Assembly (NCBI RefSeq): GCF_018977255.1
Contig: NW_024704743.1
Span: forward strand, 111,044,001 to 111,108,000
Direction of reading: 5' to 3'
DNA length: 64,000 nucleotides
Source: Callorhinchus milii
Lineage: Eukaryota
Positions within the stretch are counted from its first letter, which is position 1. Each line of letters opens with the position of its first letter. Below are positions 13,286-24,814 of this stretch, one piece after another. Under the pieces are notes generated by a model. The model saw only the letters and a program-made list of their open reading frames with translations, was not told where the DNA came from and did no database searches. The position numbers were made by a program, and so were the translations under genes.

Positions 13286-14422
13286 CAGTCTCAGAACACA
13301 ACAAACATATCAACCCTGAGAGGATTATCACACAGCTCTGAAAGACTGGACAATCCACCTGAGTGTCTCTCTAGCCTATTTAAAATGCTGCCATATACCA
13401 TTCAAACTGTACAGAAATGAAAAGTACAATTTTATTTCTTTCATATTTTGTTTTGAAAAGCAAATAATTTGTTTTAAAAAGGCAATTTAAATAGGCTGTA
13501 TGCCATTTTATGTATTTTATTATATTATCACCCGAGGTTCAATATTGAAAGTACTTTTATCTGAGCCCCTCCAGGGTGTTGCTGGGTGTTTTACAGTCAG
13601 CTATTATCCCAGTCGTAATTTAGAATTACCAAAACAAAGTATTATAGTTCAGGAAGTACTCGCTATCAAGTGACACTGATACAAGGCACGTCTGCCAGGA
13701 TAATTCCTGCAAATCCCATTTCCCTCTCACATAGTGCAAATGAACTCCCAGCAGCTTCAAAGGCAGTTCCGCCACAGGGATCAAAATGCACACCAGTGAT
13801 CCTGGACACCTGGGAACAAAGCTGGGCGACTTGTGTAGAATATCTATTACCTTGCAGTGTGTATAGAAGTTGAAAACACCTCGCAGAGATCAAGGCTGTA
13901 ACACAATCTTAGGGTTCTGATCACTGCATGAATCCTTCAAGCTCTCCTCTTGGGGGTTTACAACTTCAACAATAGCACTATTAGAAGGTCCTGCCAGTGT
14001 TATACCCCTGTTAAAGTACCAACAGGCAGTGATTGTCTGTTACACAGAGTTGGAGAATTCAAACAATATGCACTTTTGTCAATTGTGGATTCTTTTTGTG
14101 ACATGAGCATAAATGCCTGTTGTCGGAAGCATGTTCCCAGCATTCAGAATATAATTTTATTTTAAACAAACAATAAGCATACGCAAAACGCTGCGTACAT
14201 TGTGGTTATTGTACACTTTATTCATTTTTAATCCTATTCATCAGCTAGAGTTGTACGTGCATACAATTCCATTTGGACTGTATTAGCAAACATATTAAAA
14301 TGAATACCTTCGGATTAAAGATTCATTGAANTTTTTTTAAAGTAGCAATGTGAGAATTTATACAAGTTAATAATCACTAATTGGTCTATATCTCATGCTA
14401 CCCACTACGCTGTGGACTCACA

Positions 14423-14783
14423 TGAAGTCTCGTAGCATAGTGGTTAGTGCGCTCGCCTCGCAAGCGAGATGACCCGGGTTCAGTTCCTGGTCAGGGCAAA
14501 ACCTTAGGCAAGTTTCTTTACTCCACACGCCCCTGTTCGCCTAGCAGTAAATCGGAAGCTGATTGATAGTGGATTGGATTGCTTTCCGGGGGTAATAATT
14601 CCTCAAAACAAAATTTGGTCACTCAATTCACGACTGTTTGTGGGACACTGCTGTGCACGATTGGCTGCTGTGTTTCGCCCACAAAGACACAATCAATCCA
14701 CTTTACAATATATTCTGTGAAGCACTTTGAGACGTCTCAACTACTTCATAAGATGCTATACCAAATGCAATTATATTATTATT
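14423..14783 (+). mobile_element. Full-length tRNA-Ala-derived Deu SINE, long subtype
   Basis: A box (tagcatagtgg), B box (gggttcagttcc), central insert, Deu-like core, L2-like tail and (ATT)n. Confidence 0.92.
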
Positions 14784-15959
14784 ACCAACACTGTGCGGGT
14801 CTCAGTCTATGGCCTGTACTGTGCGGGTCTCAATCTAAGAATGCACTGTTGGGCAGAGAGGAGGTTAATTGAATCACCGTTGGTCCCAGCCCGGCTGTGA
14901 TCAGCTAACACAGCACAGCACAAATCAAGTTTGGGTCCTTCCTGTTGTATGTGACTCACCTATTTGCCGATAAGCTTGCTGAGCCACGATCATCAGCAGC
15001 CAATGGGCTTTTGGAGTTGATGGAATTTTCTTCCTGCCACATGGCAGAAAAACAAGGTTCTACAGGATTTATGATGTCTTAGATCAGCCTCATGACAGGA
15101 AGTGTTTACGAAACTAAAAGGGAACCAAGTCAGCGTTATGTCTGGCCTCAGATCTCAGGCAGCACAGTTTACAAGGAAACGAGCGATAGGCTCACCACCG
15201 CATCTGTCACTCCAGCTGCCAAAGACACAGGATGGAGGAGGTGTGACTGGCTGGACTGAGAGTGTTCCACCAATCTAACCTATCCATTCAATCATACAAT
15301 TAAACAAGGTTTATTTTTATTCTTGATTATTCTCTGGAGGGATGTGGATAAATGAATATTCAAAACAAAATGTACTGCTGGTTTAAAGGTAACTTTATAT
15401 ATATAAACAAATGGAACAGCAGTTTCTGACGAAATTGCTATAACATGTTTATAAACTGAATGTATAAAGGATTATTTCTTCCTGTGGCGATAAGGTCTTT
15501 GTAAAAACTCGGATGTCTTGCTCAGTCCTGAAATAGACAGGGCGTTGCCTCCCCTCTGCCAGAATGTTAGATTGGAAATTTCAACAAGATTTAACTGAAA
15601 TGTGTCCACATGACACGAACATATGAATATTCATCTGACTGGCCCCAAATTAATATTTAATATACATCTTTAAAAACTGATAACTAATCCTGTACAACCT
15701 TGTAGTTGAAAATCACTCCTCAGACAAGTAATGTTGTATAGCACCATATTGCTATCATGTTTGTCTGCAAAACACTTCACTTTATAGTATATCCGGTAAA
15801 GCACTTTGGGATGTCCTCCAATGTGAAAGGCACTTTAGCAAATGCAAAGCTTATTATTATCATATCAAGATGACTCAAAAGTGACGCATGACGAGCTGCT
15901 TTGAAGTGAAGTGACTGTTCACGTTGCCAAACGTGACACATAATAACCCACAAACAGCA

Positions 15960-16283
15960 ATAATAATAATATAATAATAATCCTTGCATTTGATATAGCG
16001 CTTTTCACGTCTTCTCGACGTCTCAAAGCGCTTCACAGAATATGCTGTAAAGTGAATTGACTATATATTTGTGGGCGAAACGCAGTAGCCAATTGCGCAC
16101 AGCAGTGTCCCACAAACAGTCATGGATTGAAAATGACCAATTTATTATTGTGTTTTGTTTTGGAGGGATTATTATTAGGTGTGTGGAGTAAGGATACTTG
16201 CCCATGGTTTCGCCCTGCCTGGAATTGAACCCAGGTATCTCGCTTGCAAGGCGAGTGCTCTAACCACTGAGCTACAGGATTCC
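15960..16283 (-). mobile_element. Full-length tRNA-Ala-derived Deu SINE, short subtype, nested in an older DeuSINE
   Basis: Minus strand reads ggaatcctgtagctcagtggttagagcactcgccttgcaagcgagatacctgggttcaattcc...(ATT)n. Flanks 15830-15960 and 16290-16375 are halves of an older Deu element. Confidence 0.93.
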
Positions 16284-16744
16284 GTAGCTCAATGAGATCA
16301 ATGACCAAATATTTTTGTTTGGGAGGTTGAGTAAATTGACTGGATGAGGGAGGAATGTTGACCAAAATACTGGCCGTACTCAAATTATCGCGGAACAGTC
16401 CGTAATTCCCCCAATTGCAACTATTGGTTTAGAAAATTAATGCAACATTCAGAATTTTTCAATGAATAATTCCCAATTGCAAGCAGGTTGATGGTGTGAT
16501 ACTAGACATAACATGCAGGGACTGCCTGTTACCGCTTTCTGTGGCTGGATTCCGAAACCACCTCTATTGTTTTTATTTTTAGCCCAGTAACAAGTTATTC
16601 ACCACACTCGCTAAACATTGTATTTAAATGATTTTCCGCTATACGGGTGTCCTGAGGTCGATGGTGAGATTCCGCCAGAGTGTCTGGTGAAATTTAGATT
16701 CCTCAGATTGTTGTGTTTAGTCTGTGTGCAGCATTGTGCAATTG

Positions 16745-16855
16745 ACATGGGTGGGCGTGTTAATGTTGATGGGTGTGTTGACATTGGCAGATTTGTTGGC
16801 ATTGATGGGTCTGTTGGTATTGGTGGGTCTGTTGATGTTGGTGGGTTTATTGGTA
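16745..16855. repeat. Degenerate 18-bp period minisatellite
   Basis: About 5-6 units similar to gttgatgggtctgttggc / attggtgggtctgttgat. Confidence 0.75.
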
Positions 16856-17239
16856 ATGCTATTTGAGGATTTCCTGAACCATTTCAGAAACAATGCCAGC
16901 TACTTCCTCACTAATTTCATAATTAAAAATAAAAAAAGGACACAATAATTTCTGTCATAGAGGTACCACTCAACCTTGCCAGATTTGCCCTTCACTTAAA
17001 AATGGTAAGAGCATTGGAACCATGCAATTTCCATTAAACTGGAGGTTTGTTGAGTATTTCGACTTCAGTGGAAGATAAATGTGTTATACATGAATTAAAA
17101 GGTTTTGCCACCAAACAGAAAGTCTTCATCTGTATTGATCAGTTAAAATAACCTTTTTATTGTACTGTTGAAAGCACGTTGTTCAAAGAAAGGGTGGAGT
17201 ATGAAGAGATTGATTTATGGAGCTCTGCTTGACATAATA

Positions 17240-17450
17240 TTAATAATAATAATAATCCTTGCATTTGATATAGCACTTTTCACGTCTTCTAGACGTCTCA
17301 AAGCGCTTCACAGAATATACTTGTAAAGTGAATTGACCGTATATTTGTGGGCGAAACCCGGCAGCCAGTGTCCCACAAACAGTTGTGGATTGTAAAATGA
17401 GCAATTTATTATTGTTTTGTTTTTTGGAGGGATTATTATTGTTATTATTA
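17240..17450 (-). mobile_element. Deu SINE, head missing
   Basis: Tail and core match the other copies. Confidence 0.9.
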
Positions 17451-17651
17451 CTGAATACAGGACCAGAATGGAATAATGTAACTTGGGAAGACCCCATCAG
17501 GGTTTACTAGTGAACAGTGGACAATAGTGGAAGAAGTGTTGTTTTGATTTATCCCCTCCTCTTCTGAAAGCACTGGCTCATGCTGGGACACCTGTGCACG
17601 GGCACTGTGAACACTCCAGCACCTCAGCATTCCTCATCCATGAGCCTAAGA

Positions 17652-18026
17652 TAATAATAATAATTATAAGAAGAATCCTTGCTTTTGATATAACGCCTTA
17701 TCATGTCTTTGAGACGTCTCAAAGCGTTTCACAGAATATACTGTAAAGGGAATTGACTGTATGTTTTGTGGGTGAAATGCAGTAGCCAATTATGCACAGC
17801 AGTGTCCCACAAACTGTTGTGGACTGAGTAACCAATTTTGAAAAAAAATTAAAGGAATTATTACCCCCGGAAAAGTGATCCGTCAATCGGGGTTCCTATT
17901 TACTGCTAGATAAACAGAGGCGGGTGGAGTAAGGAAACTTGCCCAACGTTTCGCCCTGCCGGGAATCGAACCCAGGTCTCTCGCTTGCGAGGCGAGTGCT
18001 CTAACCACTGAGCTACAGGAATCCAC
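17652..18026 (-). mobile_element. Full-length Deu SINE, long subtype
   Basis: tRNA head with intact A/B boxes (gtagctcagtggttagagc; ggttcgattcc), insert ctgtttatctagcagtaaataggaacccg, core and tail. Confidence 0.93.
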
Positions 18027-18569
18027 GATAGTGTTGTCAAGCAACAATAGGGCAATAGTCTTACCCAATGTCCACATATGTATTGTAAAGTTCCGCTTCA
18101 CGGTGAGGAGGATAGATTCTCACACATTGTACTGTAGTAGCACACAATTTTTAAGTTTGCCTTAAAACTACAAAGGTGTCAACTTTCATTTCGCAATGAG
18201 AGTCTGTTAGCAAGTTAAGCGCTCTGGAGGTCGCCAACGGTAGTCTACTGTTCATCTATATTCAAACAATAGGAGCAACATTCTTTAGTTTACAGGTGTG
18301 CTTGAAAAAGAAGAATATTAAACGATTTAATGAACTGATGAGTGGGATTAGAGCAGGTGTCTCATGCAGAGAGAAGAAAAACAGTGCAGACTTGATGGGC
18401 TGAGCAGCCTGTTTCTGTGCTGTAACATTCAATGGATTCTAGGTACATGTTTCAGCAGAGTAAGGAAATCAGGTTCTATAAACAGGAATGCAGAAATCAA
18501 CTGTGGCTTCTTAACTGAGGTTGGGTAACTAACCAGAGACCAAAAAAGAATGTGGCCATTACTGTTTTA

Positions 18570-18712
18570 CTGCTGTACAAAATTGGCTGTCTTGTTTTGC
18601 CCACAAAATATACAGTCAATTCATTTTACAGTGTATTCTACAAAGTGCTTTGAGATGTTGTGGCGACGTCATAAAGCGCTTTCTCAAATGCAAGGTTCAT
18701 TATTATTATTAC
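18570..18712 (+). mobile_element. SINE 3' part
   Basis: aaattggctgtc...cagtcaattcattttacag...aaatgcaagg...(ATT)n. Confidence 0.8.
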
Positions 18713-19605
18713 CAAACCAGGGCCTTTTCTAAATCTGCATGACTCAGTTCTGCAGCACGCAATGCATTTACCCACTGAACCATCAGGAAAACTATCCAGA
18801 TAATGTGTTCATTATTTAAAAGCAACACATCAATTTAAAGCTCTTAACTCACAGTAACTTTTTCCTGACTACGTTCAGAGGTAGTTCCATTCAATGCTTG
18901 ATATCATGCAGTGGAAGTGCCTGGAAGCCAAGGCTATGAACGGAAACATATATCAGTTGATCCAGCCTTACAAATCACATAAATATAATGGCTTCCATCA
19001 GGAAGCCAGCCAGCATTGTGATGCATAAGATTTACATTTATTTTGTGATTTTTAAAGAAATGAAAATCGGTTCTCTTGCCTCAATGACTCAGAGCTTACT
19101 GGACCTCTGTACAGGTATTGAGTGCTCGTGTAAACAGTAAAACTTGCTTGCAAGTCTGATCTGTTTTGTCTAAATCATATAATTGCCCAAGTCCTGTTCA
19201 AGAGTTTATACGCTATGCAAGTTTAATATAACTCATACTTTGTAGAAGTCACATTAAATGTATGATCTCAACTGATACGACTTATGTGAGGTTTACCATA
19301 CATAAGGCTTGTGCTTGTCCAGCTCTCTGCGTCTCTGGGAGGTGAATCGACTGGTTCTAAATTCAAGTCAAGCTCTGGCTGACGTGTGCTTTCAGCCACA
19401 GGAAGGTAAAGGGTGGTGGTGGTGGGAGGAGGAGGAAAACATTCCCTTTTAGCTGCCTGGGATTTTATTCTGAATCACTTCTGCAGGGAACACTAATCTA
19501 ACGCCGTGAGGACACACGCCTACTGGACAGATAAGAGCCCCTGGGCTCATTACAGCATGCGAACCGCTGAGTTAGAAAGAAAAATAACAAGGGTTAGGAG
19601 GCCAG

Positions 19606-19614
19606 CGTGGGAAA
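19606..19614 (+). promoter_or_regulatory. Consensus RBPJ/CSL site ~4.7 kb upstream of the HEY1 ATG
   Basis: CGTGGGAAA in repeat-free sequence; function is inferred. Confidence 0.5.
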
Positions 19615-21054
19615 CCGGGCAATCTGCAGTCCCAGTGCAAACACAAACAAAAACACACAAACAAAACAAAAAGTAGAGAAGAAAAGCAAAGCCACAACTC
19701 CTCAGTCCCAGCCTCACTGCCTGAGAAACACTAAAGCCCTATTTGTAATGGTGATCAGGAGCAGTTGACCATCGAATCAACGATTTTCAGTCCATTAAAT
19801 AAGAAAGGCTTTCTGTTTGTGGAGACCCCGTTGTATTTCGACAGAAAATATGTTTTGGGAGTGGGGGTCGTCCGGGTCACGCAACTCCCGCCAAATCAGA
19901 CAATGAAGCGGCCCCCACAACATCTCACACCAGATGCCCCCATGCTGTCCAGGCGATCTGCCTTTATTATATTTACGATCTCTTCTTGTCTCCATGACAA
20001 ACCGGAGTGACTCGACCTCAGACAATTGTTCGGCATGAAGTGGGCACTTTATCCAAAGGGGATCACAGGATCCTGGGCAGTAATGGATACTCACTGGAGA
20101 GGATTAAACGCATTCATTGTTGAGGCAGAAGCTGTCATTGCAAATCGTCTTCAGATCAGGAGAAATGTGACCACTGAAGCCCAAGAGATTGTAGACTTAC
20201 TAGATGTACAAAATGCCTGCCCCCCACCCCTCCCCCCTCCCCACCCCACACACACAAACCCAAAACAACCATGATTTTTTCTGTTGATATTTAATTCTTA
20301 CATTGTTGCTTCTGGAATGCATGAATGCGAGCAGATTTTTGAAGCGTTTTTTCGAAGGGAACCTTTTTTCACAACTGCATCTCACATGTCTTTTTTTATA
20401 ATCTAAAAAAAACACTTTAAACAATGCTCTCGTTTCTGGCTGAATGTGCATACAACCTTGCATTGCAATGTTTAAAAATATATTCAATTCAATTTTGTTG
20501 CTGGAGTCAAACAAAGGCTGAAAATGCGCTCATGTGTAAAGCCTTTTAACCATTGCTCTTTTGAGGCTATTGGAAGCTCTACCCTATTCCAGGAAATCCT
20601 AGCCACTGGCCTTACATTAAAGACTGTTCTGACTGGCTGATGCCCCAGAAGTCCTGCCTGCCGTGAGCTTCTGCTGCTCTGTTGATTTTCAATTGTTGGA
20701 CCTCAGGTCACAGAAGTCGACCCATGGCGTTCTTGGGTTGATGCCAATAATTGGTGTCTGCCAACTCTCGTTGGTTATGCTGGTGAAAGAAATTTGGGAG
20801 AGATGCCATCAGCATCCCTGCAATCACGTTACAAACAATAACTTGCATTGCACAATTTGTGGCATTCTCTGAGTCATCAGGCTGTGCTACCAAATCTGTA
20901 TGCACTACCACCACCACCATCAACAACAACAAATTGCATTTATATAACGCCTTTCACATCGGGAGGACGTCCCAAGGTGCTGGACAGTTAAGGGTTTTTC
21001 ACTCTTCACTATCCAACTACAATTAACAAATTAGCATCCAGTTAATGCTAAACA

Positions 21055-21220
21055 AAATGCAAAATACTGCAGATGTTGGAAATCTGAAACAAAAACAGAA
21101 GTCGATGGAAACACTCAGCAGGTCAGGTAGCATCTATGGAAAAAGGAAAGTGAGTCAACATTGTGGGTCCACTATCCTTCGCCAGAACTTTCTGAGTGTT
21201 CCCAGAAACTTCTGTTTTTG
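21055..21220. mobile_element. Palindromic repeat relic (Penelope-associated or MITE-like)
   Basis: Inverted arms caaaaacagaagt...aacactcag (21090-21118) and ctgagtgtt...acttctgtttttg (21192-21220). Resembles a hairpin repeat common in shark genomes. Confidence 0.7.
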
Positions 21221-22784
21221 ATCCAATTAATGTTCCTGGGTCTCTACTACTGCCACTTCTGGGAACTGGCTGACTCAGGTGAAAAGATCTCACACAGACA
21301 CTATTGTGGCGATGTTGATTATTGGTATTGATGAGTTACCAATGAAACTTTGCAAATTTGCTCTTTGTTCTTTGTATATAATAGAAAATGAAATCATGTT
21401 TTCAAAAATATGATCAGATGTTTGTGTAGATTTTTTTAAAATCAAAAACAATTACAGAAAACGATAATAGTCTGGGACTGTGATGACAGGGGAGGGAGGA
21501 AATGCAAGTGAATTGGTTCACTCCTGGGAGTAACTGCCCTAGGTCCATGGTCAATTCAGGGGAAAAGAAGTTGCCAGGAAAATTCCTCCATGACTCGTGA
21601 GGGCAGTGAGGTGAGCTCCAGGAGAAGATCAAGCCAGCCCCAGACCCAGACCATAGATGCATAGATGTAGGATGAGGAATTTTCTCTCTCATTCCTGGAG
21701 GGACAGTTACTTTGTATTTGTATAGTGAGTAAAGTAGATCACATGTCAAGTTTATCATAGTTTTTTTCCCTTTCCGTCCTGATGCTTTTACAATACATAG
21801 AGCACCAGCCATCATCAGTACGTTTCCCAAGTGAAATGACCATTGTTCATGTGTAAACATAATGACTCTGGAGGGAGTCGCAGCTATACGACATTGCCAC
21901 CTGATTGCCATGTACATATACATTCTGGGAGAGGAGACTGACTGATTGTTGTTCTCCTGATACGGAGACACTGAGGCAGATTGTAGTGTGGATCCCTCCA
22001 CCCTATTCCTACCTGTGAGAGTTCTGTGTGGCTCTCGTTGCTGAGCCCTCAGGCAAACCTTCACTCTTTGTTTATCAAATTCAATACAACTTCCCCAAAA
22101 AAGTGAAAAGAAATACTACAGTGTGATACAGTAGATAGACTGGCTCTTTGTCTTTCTATAGTTAGGTAGGGTCTAATGGTGTGCCAGTATGCGGTGTAAC
22201 TAGGCAGAAACATATTAAATGGTGTGCATTTGTAGGCAGCAGGAGAAATCCTATATCAGTTGTTTGTTGTTTTTATAAATGATTTGATTTAGTTAGCTGA
22301 AAGACTTTCGCATGGATTACCAGACCAGGAAGGTTAATAAAATTATTCTATGGGGTCAACTGCTGAATCCAAAATTTGACATAAATTTTGAGTATAATTT
22401 AACTCTGCACTACTGTGTTACACTTAAAACAAATGGTGCTAATTCTAGATGTAAGATCATTTTCTTTCAAATTAAACTTGTGAAGTGCAAAATCGTGCAC
22501 TGAAATTAAATTAGAAAAGTCGTATTAATTGAATAAACTGAGTGAAATCTGGAAAGGAAAGCCTCATTGATGTTGAAGTGCATAAGTCACCTTCCCTTGG
22601 GGAACATAGTTTGTGCAGTACATGTCACCACCCACTGTTTAGCTTTTATTCAAACAAAAGCAAAGCACCTCTCCACATCTTGATTTAAGTTCATGCTGAG
22701 AATAATCAGGTTTTCCTCAAACATCGGATGAAATAGTGTGCAGTTCTTCATTGAGTGTCCAATTTGTCATTTGAATGTCTTCGT

Positions 22785-23010
22785 GCTTCAGCTACTGTTA
22801 ATCCTGCAATCTAAAGTCCTAATGGATAGGGTGGTCCTAGTTGGACAATTGGTGGGAAACTTGCCAGACAGTGCTCTCAATGGCAAGCGACGTGGTTTTA
22901 GCTGGTTAAACTCCATCAGTATCCCAACGCACACTCTGGGATCCCCAAACCTTGCCTCTTGCCAATCTGTGCCTAATGCTATCCAGAATTAGTTAAGCAG
23001 GATATACCCC
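22785..23010 (+). repeat. Unidentified interspersed repeat, copy 2
   Basis: Aligns by eye with 3060-3200, 51990-52170 and 56450-56725. Confidence 0.8.
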
Positions 23011-23144
23011 TTCAGAGACAGACACAGGGAAATTTGTGTGAGAGCATATGATAATACTAATCCTTGCGCTGCTTTCTAAACTCAAGTACTTTTTTTTACT
23101 ACAGTATACTCAGCAGTTCATTGCCCCAGTCTTGAATGGTGACA

Positions 23145-23280
23145 TAATAATAATAATAATGCTAATCCTCGCATTTGATGGACTGTTACTCCTGATCATG
23201 CCATTGAGACGCCTCAAAGCGCTTCGCAGGATATACCGTAAAGTGAATTGACCGTACGTTTCGCAGGTGGGCGGGCGAAC
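23145..23280 (-). mobile_element. SINE 3' part
   Basis: (AAT)n tail plus cctcaaagcgcttcgcaggatataccgtaaagtgaattgacc. Confidence 0.8.
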
Positions 23281-23699
23281 TCTCGAGTCTGGTTGTGTTA
23301 ACCTTAGGGGGGAGTGGGCCACCGACTCAAAAGTGCCCCCCCCCCAAAAAAAAGTGTGTGAGCAGGACAGGGGGTAGTGGTGGGGGAGGGGTGGTGATGG
23401 TGAGGGGTGGTGGTGGGGGGGTCTTTATTTTTGGTTGGGTGGGAGGGGTTTCTCTGTGTCAACAGTGCTTTTGACTCACCTGCTGCATGCGTTGCGTTGC
23501 GTTGCATTGCATTGAGCAGAGAGAGAGAGAGAGAGTGAGTGAGGGAGTGTTGGGGGTAATGAATGGTCTGAGAGTCAGGGCTGTGAGCAGGAGAGATGGA
23601 GCCACAATTGGCTGCTCATGAGCAGTGGGTGGGGGGAGGGGAGAGGGGAGGGAGGAGGAGGGGAGAGAGGGGAGGGGGAGGGGGGAGGGGGAGGGGAGG

Positions 23700-24560
23700 G
23701 GGAGCAACAATGTTGCTGTTCACACGGTGCTGCCGCAGACCGACCGTCGCCCGCGCCAATTGCTACTTTCATTCACAGGCTCCCGCAGCTTTCCCACGGT
23801 CCCCGCCGCCCGCGCGTGCGCGGCGTGTGGGCCGCCCGGAGAGGGGCGGGGCGTGGGGGGGGGCGGGGCGCGGGGAATGGAGCGCCGAGCCGACCAATGG
23901 CCAATGGCGGCGGCGGCGGCTGCCCCGCCCCCCGCCCCCGCCCCCCGCCCGCGTGCTGTCAATCACAGGCCGCGGCCCCGCTGCCATTGGTGGACGCGGG
24001 CTGTCAATCCCCTCCCTCCCCCCCCTCCCTCCCGGGAGCTGTCAATCAGCGGCGGGCGGGCGGGCGGTGTGACAGGTCAGTGCGGGCGGGAGCCGCCGCT
24101 CTCACTGTCTGTCTGTCTGTCCGTGTGTGTGTGTGTGTGTGTCACTGCGATACCGTGGGAACGGCAGCGGTACAACCCCGAGCGCTTCATTAATGACACA
24201 GGACACACGCACCTCCTCCCCACCCACCCACCACCCACCCCCCAGTCACCCCCCCCCCCCCCCTCCACCCCCTCCCACCAACACACACACACACACACAC
24301 ACACGGGGCGGCTTTCACTGTGAGCAAAGCCATGAAGCGCACTCACGATTTCAGCGGCTCCTCCGACAGCGAACCGGACGAGACGATCGAGGTGGTGGAG
24401 AAGGAAAGCGCGGACGAAAACGGGTAAAAGCGATGGATGTGTATATATGTGGATATATATATATATATATGTGGATATTATAGATTTTTTTTAAAAAAAA
24501 GCCAAATCCGTGTGTTTTGCCCCCCGGCCCCGGGGGGGGGGGAGGGGGGGTCACAGATTA
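23700..24560 (+). promoter_or_regulatory. HEY1: HEY1 CpG-island promoter and 5' region
   Basis: Very GC/CpG-rich. RBPJ motifs at 23719-23726 (TTCACACG), 23790-23798 (TTTCCCACG) and 24154-24161 (CGTGGGAA). CCAAT at 23756, 23894 and 23901. GC boxes present. CTGTCAATCA at 23956 and 24039. TSS not determined. Confidence 0.88.
24332..24423 (+). CDS. HEY1: HEY1 exon 1 (coding part)
   Basis: gccATG; MKRTHDFSGSSDSEPDETIEVVEKESADEN(G); donor GG|gtaaaa; 92 nt. Confidence 0.96.
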
Positions 24561-24814
24561 ACCGCACAGTGCGGGACATGGGGAGGGGACACTGCATTGG
24601 GATCAACATGTCCCATATACACAGATATCTATAGGTGCCCCTCAGTGTCACATATCTGTCTGTATATGTATTAATCTATATATTTATTTGTATGTATAGA
24701 TACGATGTTATTAGCAACAATGATATTTGCCAAATCTTCTTTTCCCGCGTACGAACTCTCACACTGTCGGGAACCGCTGCGGCTCCGGTGATTCTCACTG
24801 TGAAAGCAGAGACC

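Noticed and set aside
14331..14331. Single N base
   Set aside because: Assembly ambiguity, not biology.
21414..22064. 216-aa minus-strand ORF
   Set aside because: Non-ATG start, no recognisable domain or coding-like composition; probably chance. A BLASTP and RNA-seq check would settle it.
23596..24554. Overlapping GC-rich ORFs upstream of HEY1
   Set aside because: Stop-codon depletion in a CpG island; no recognisable protein.
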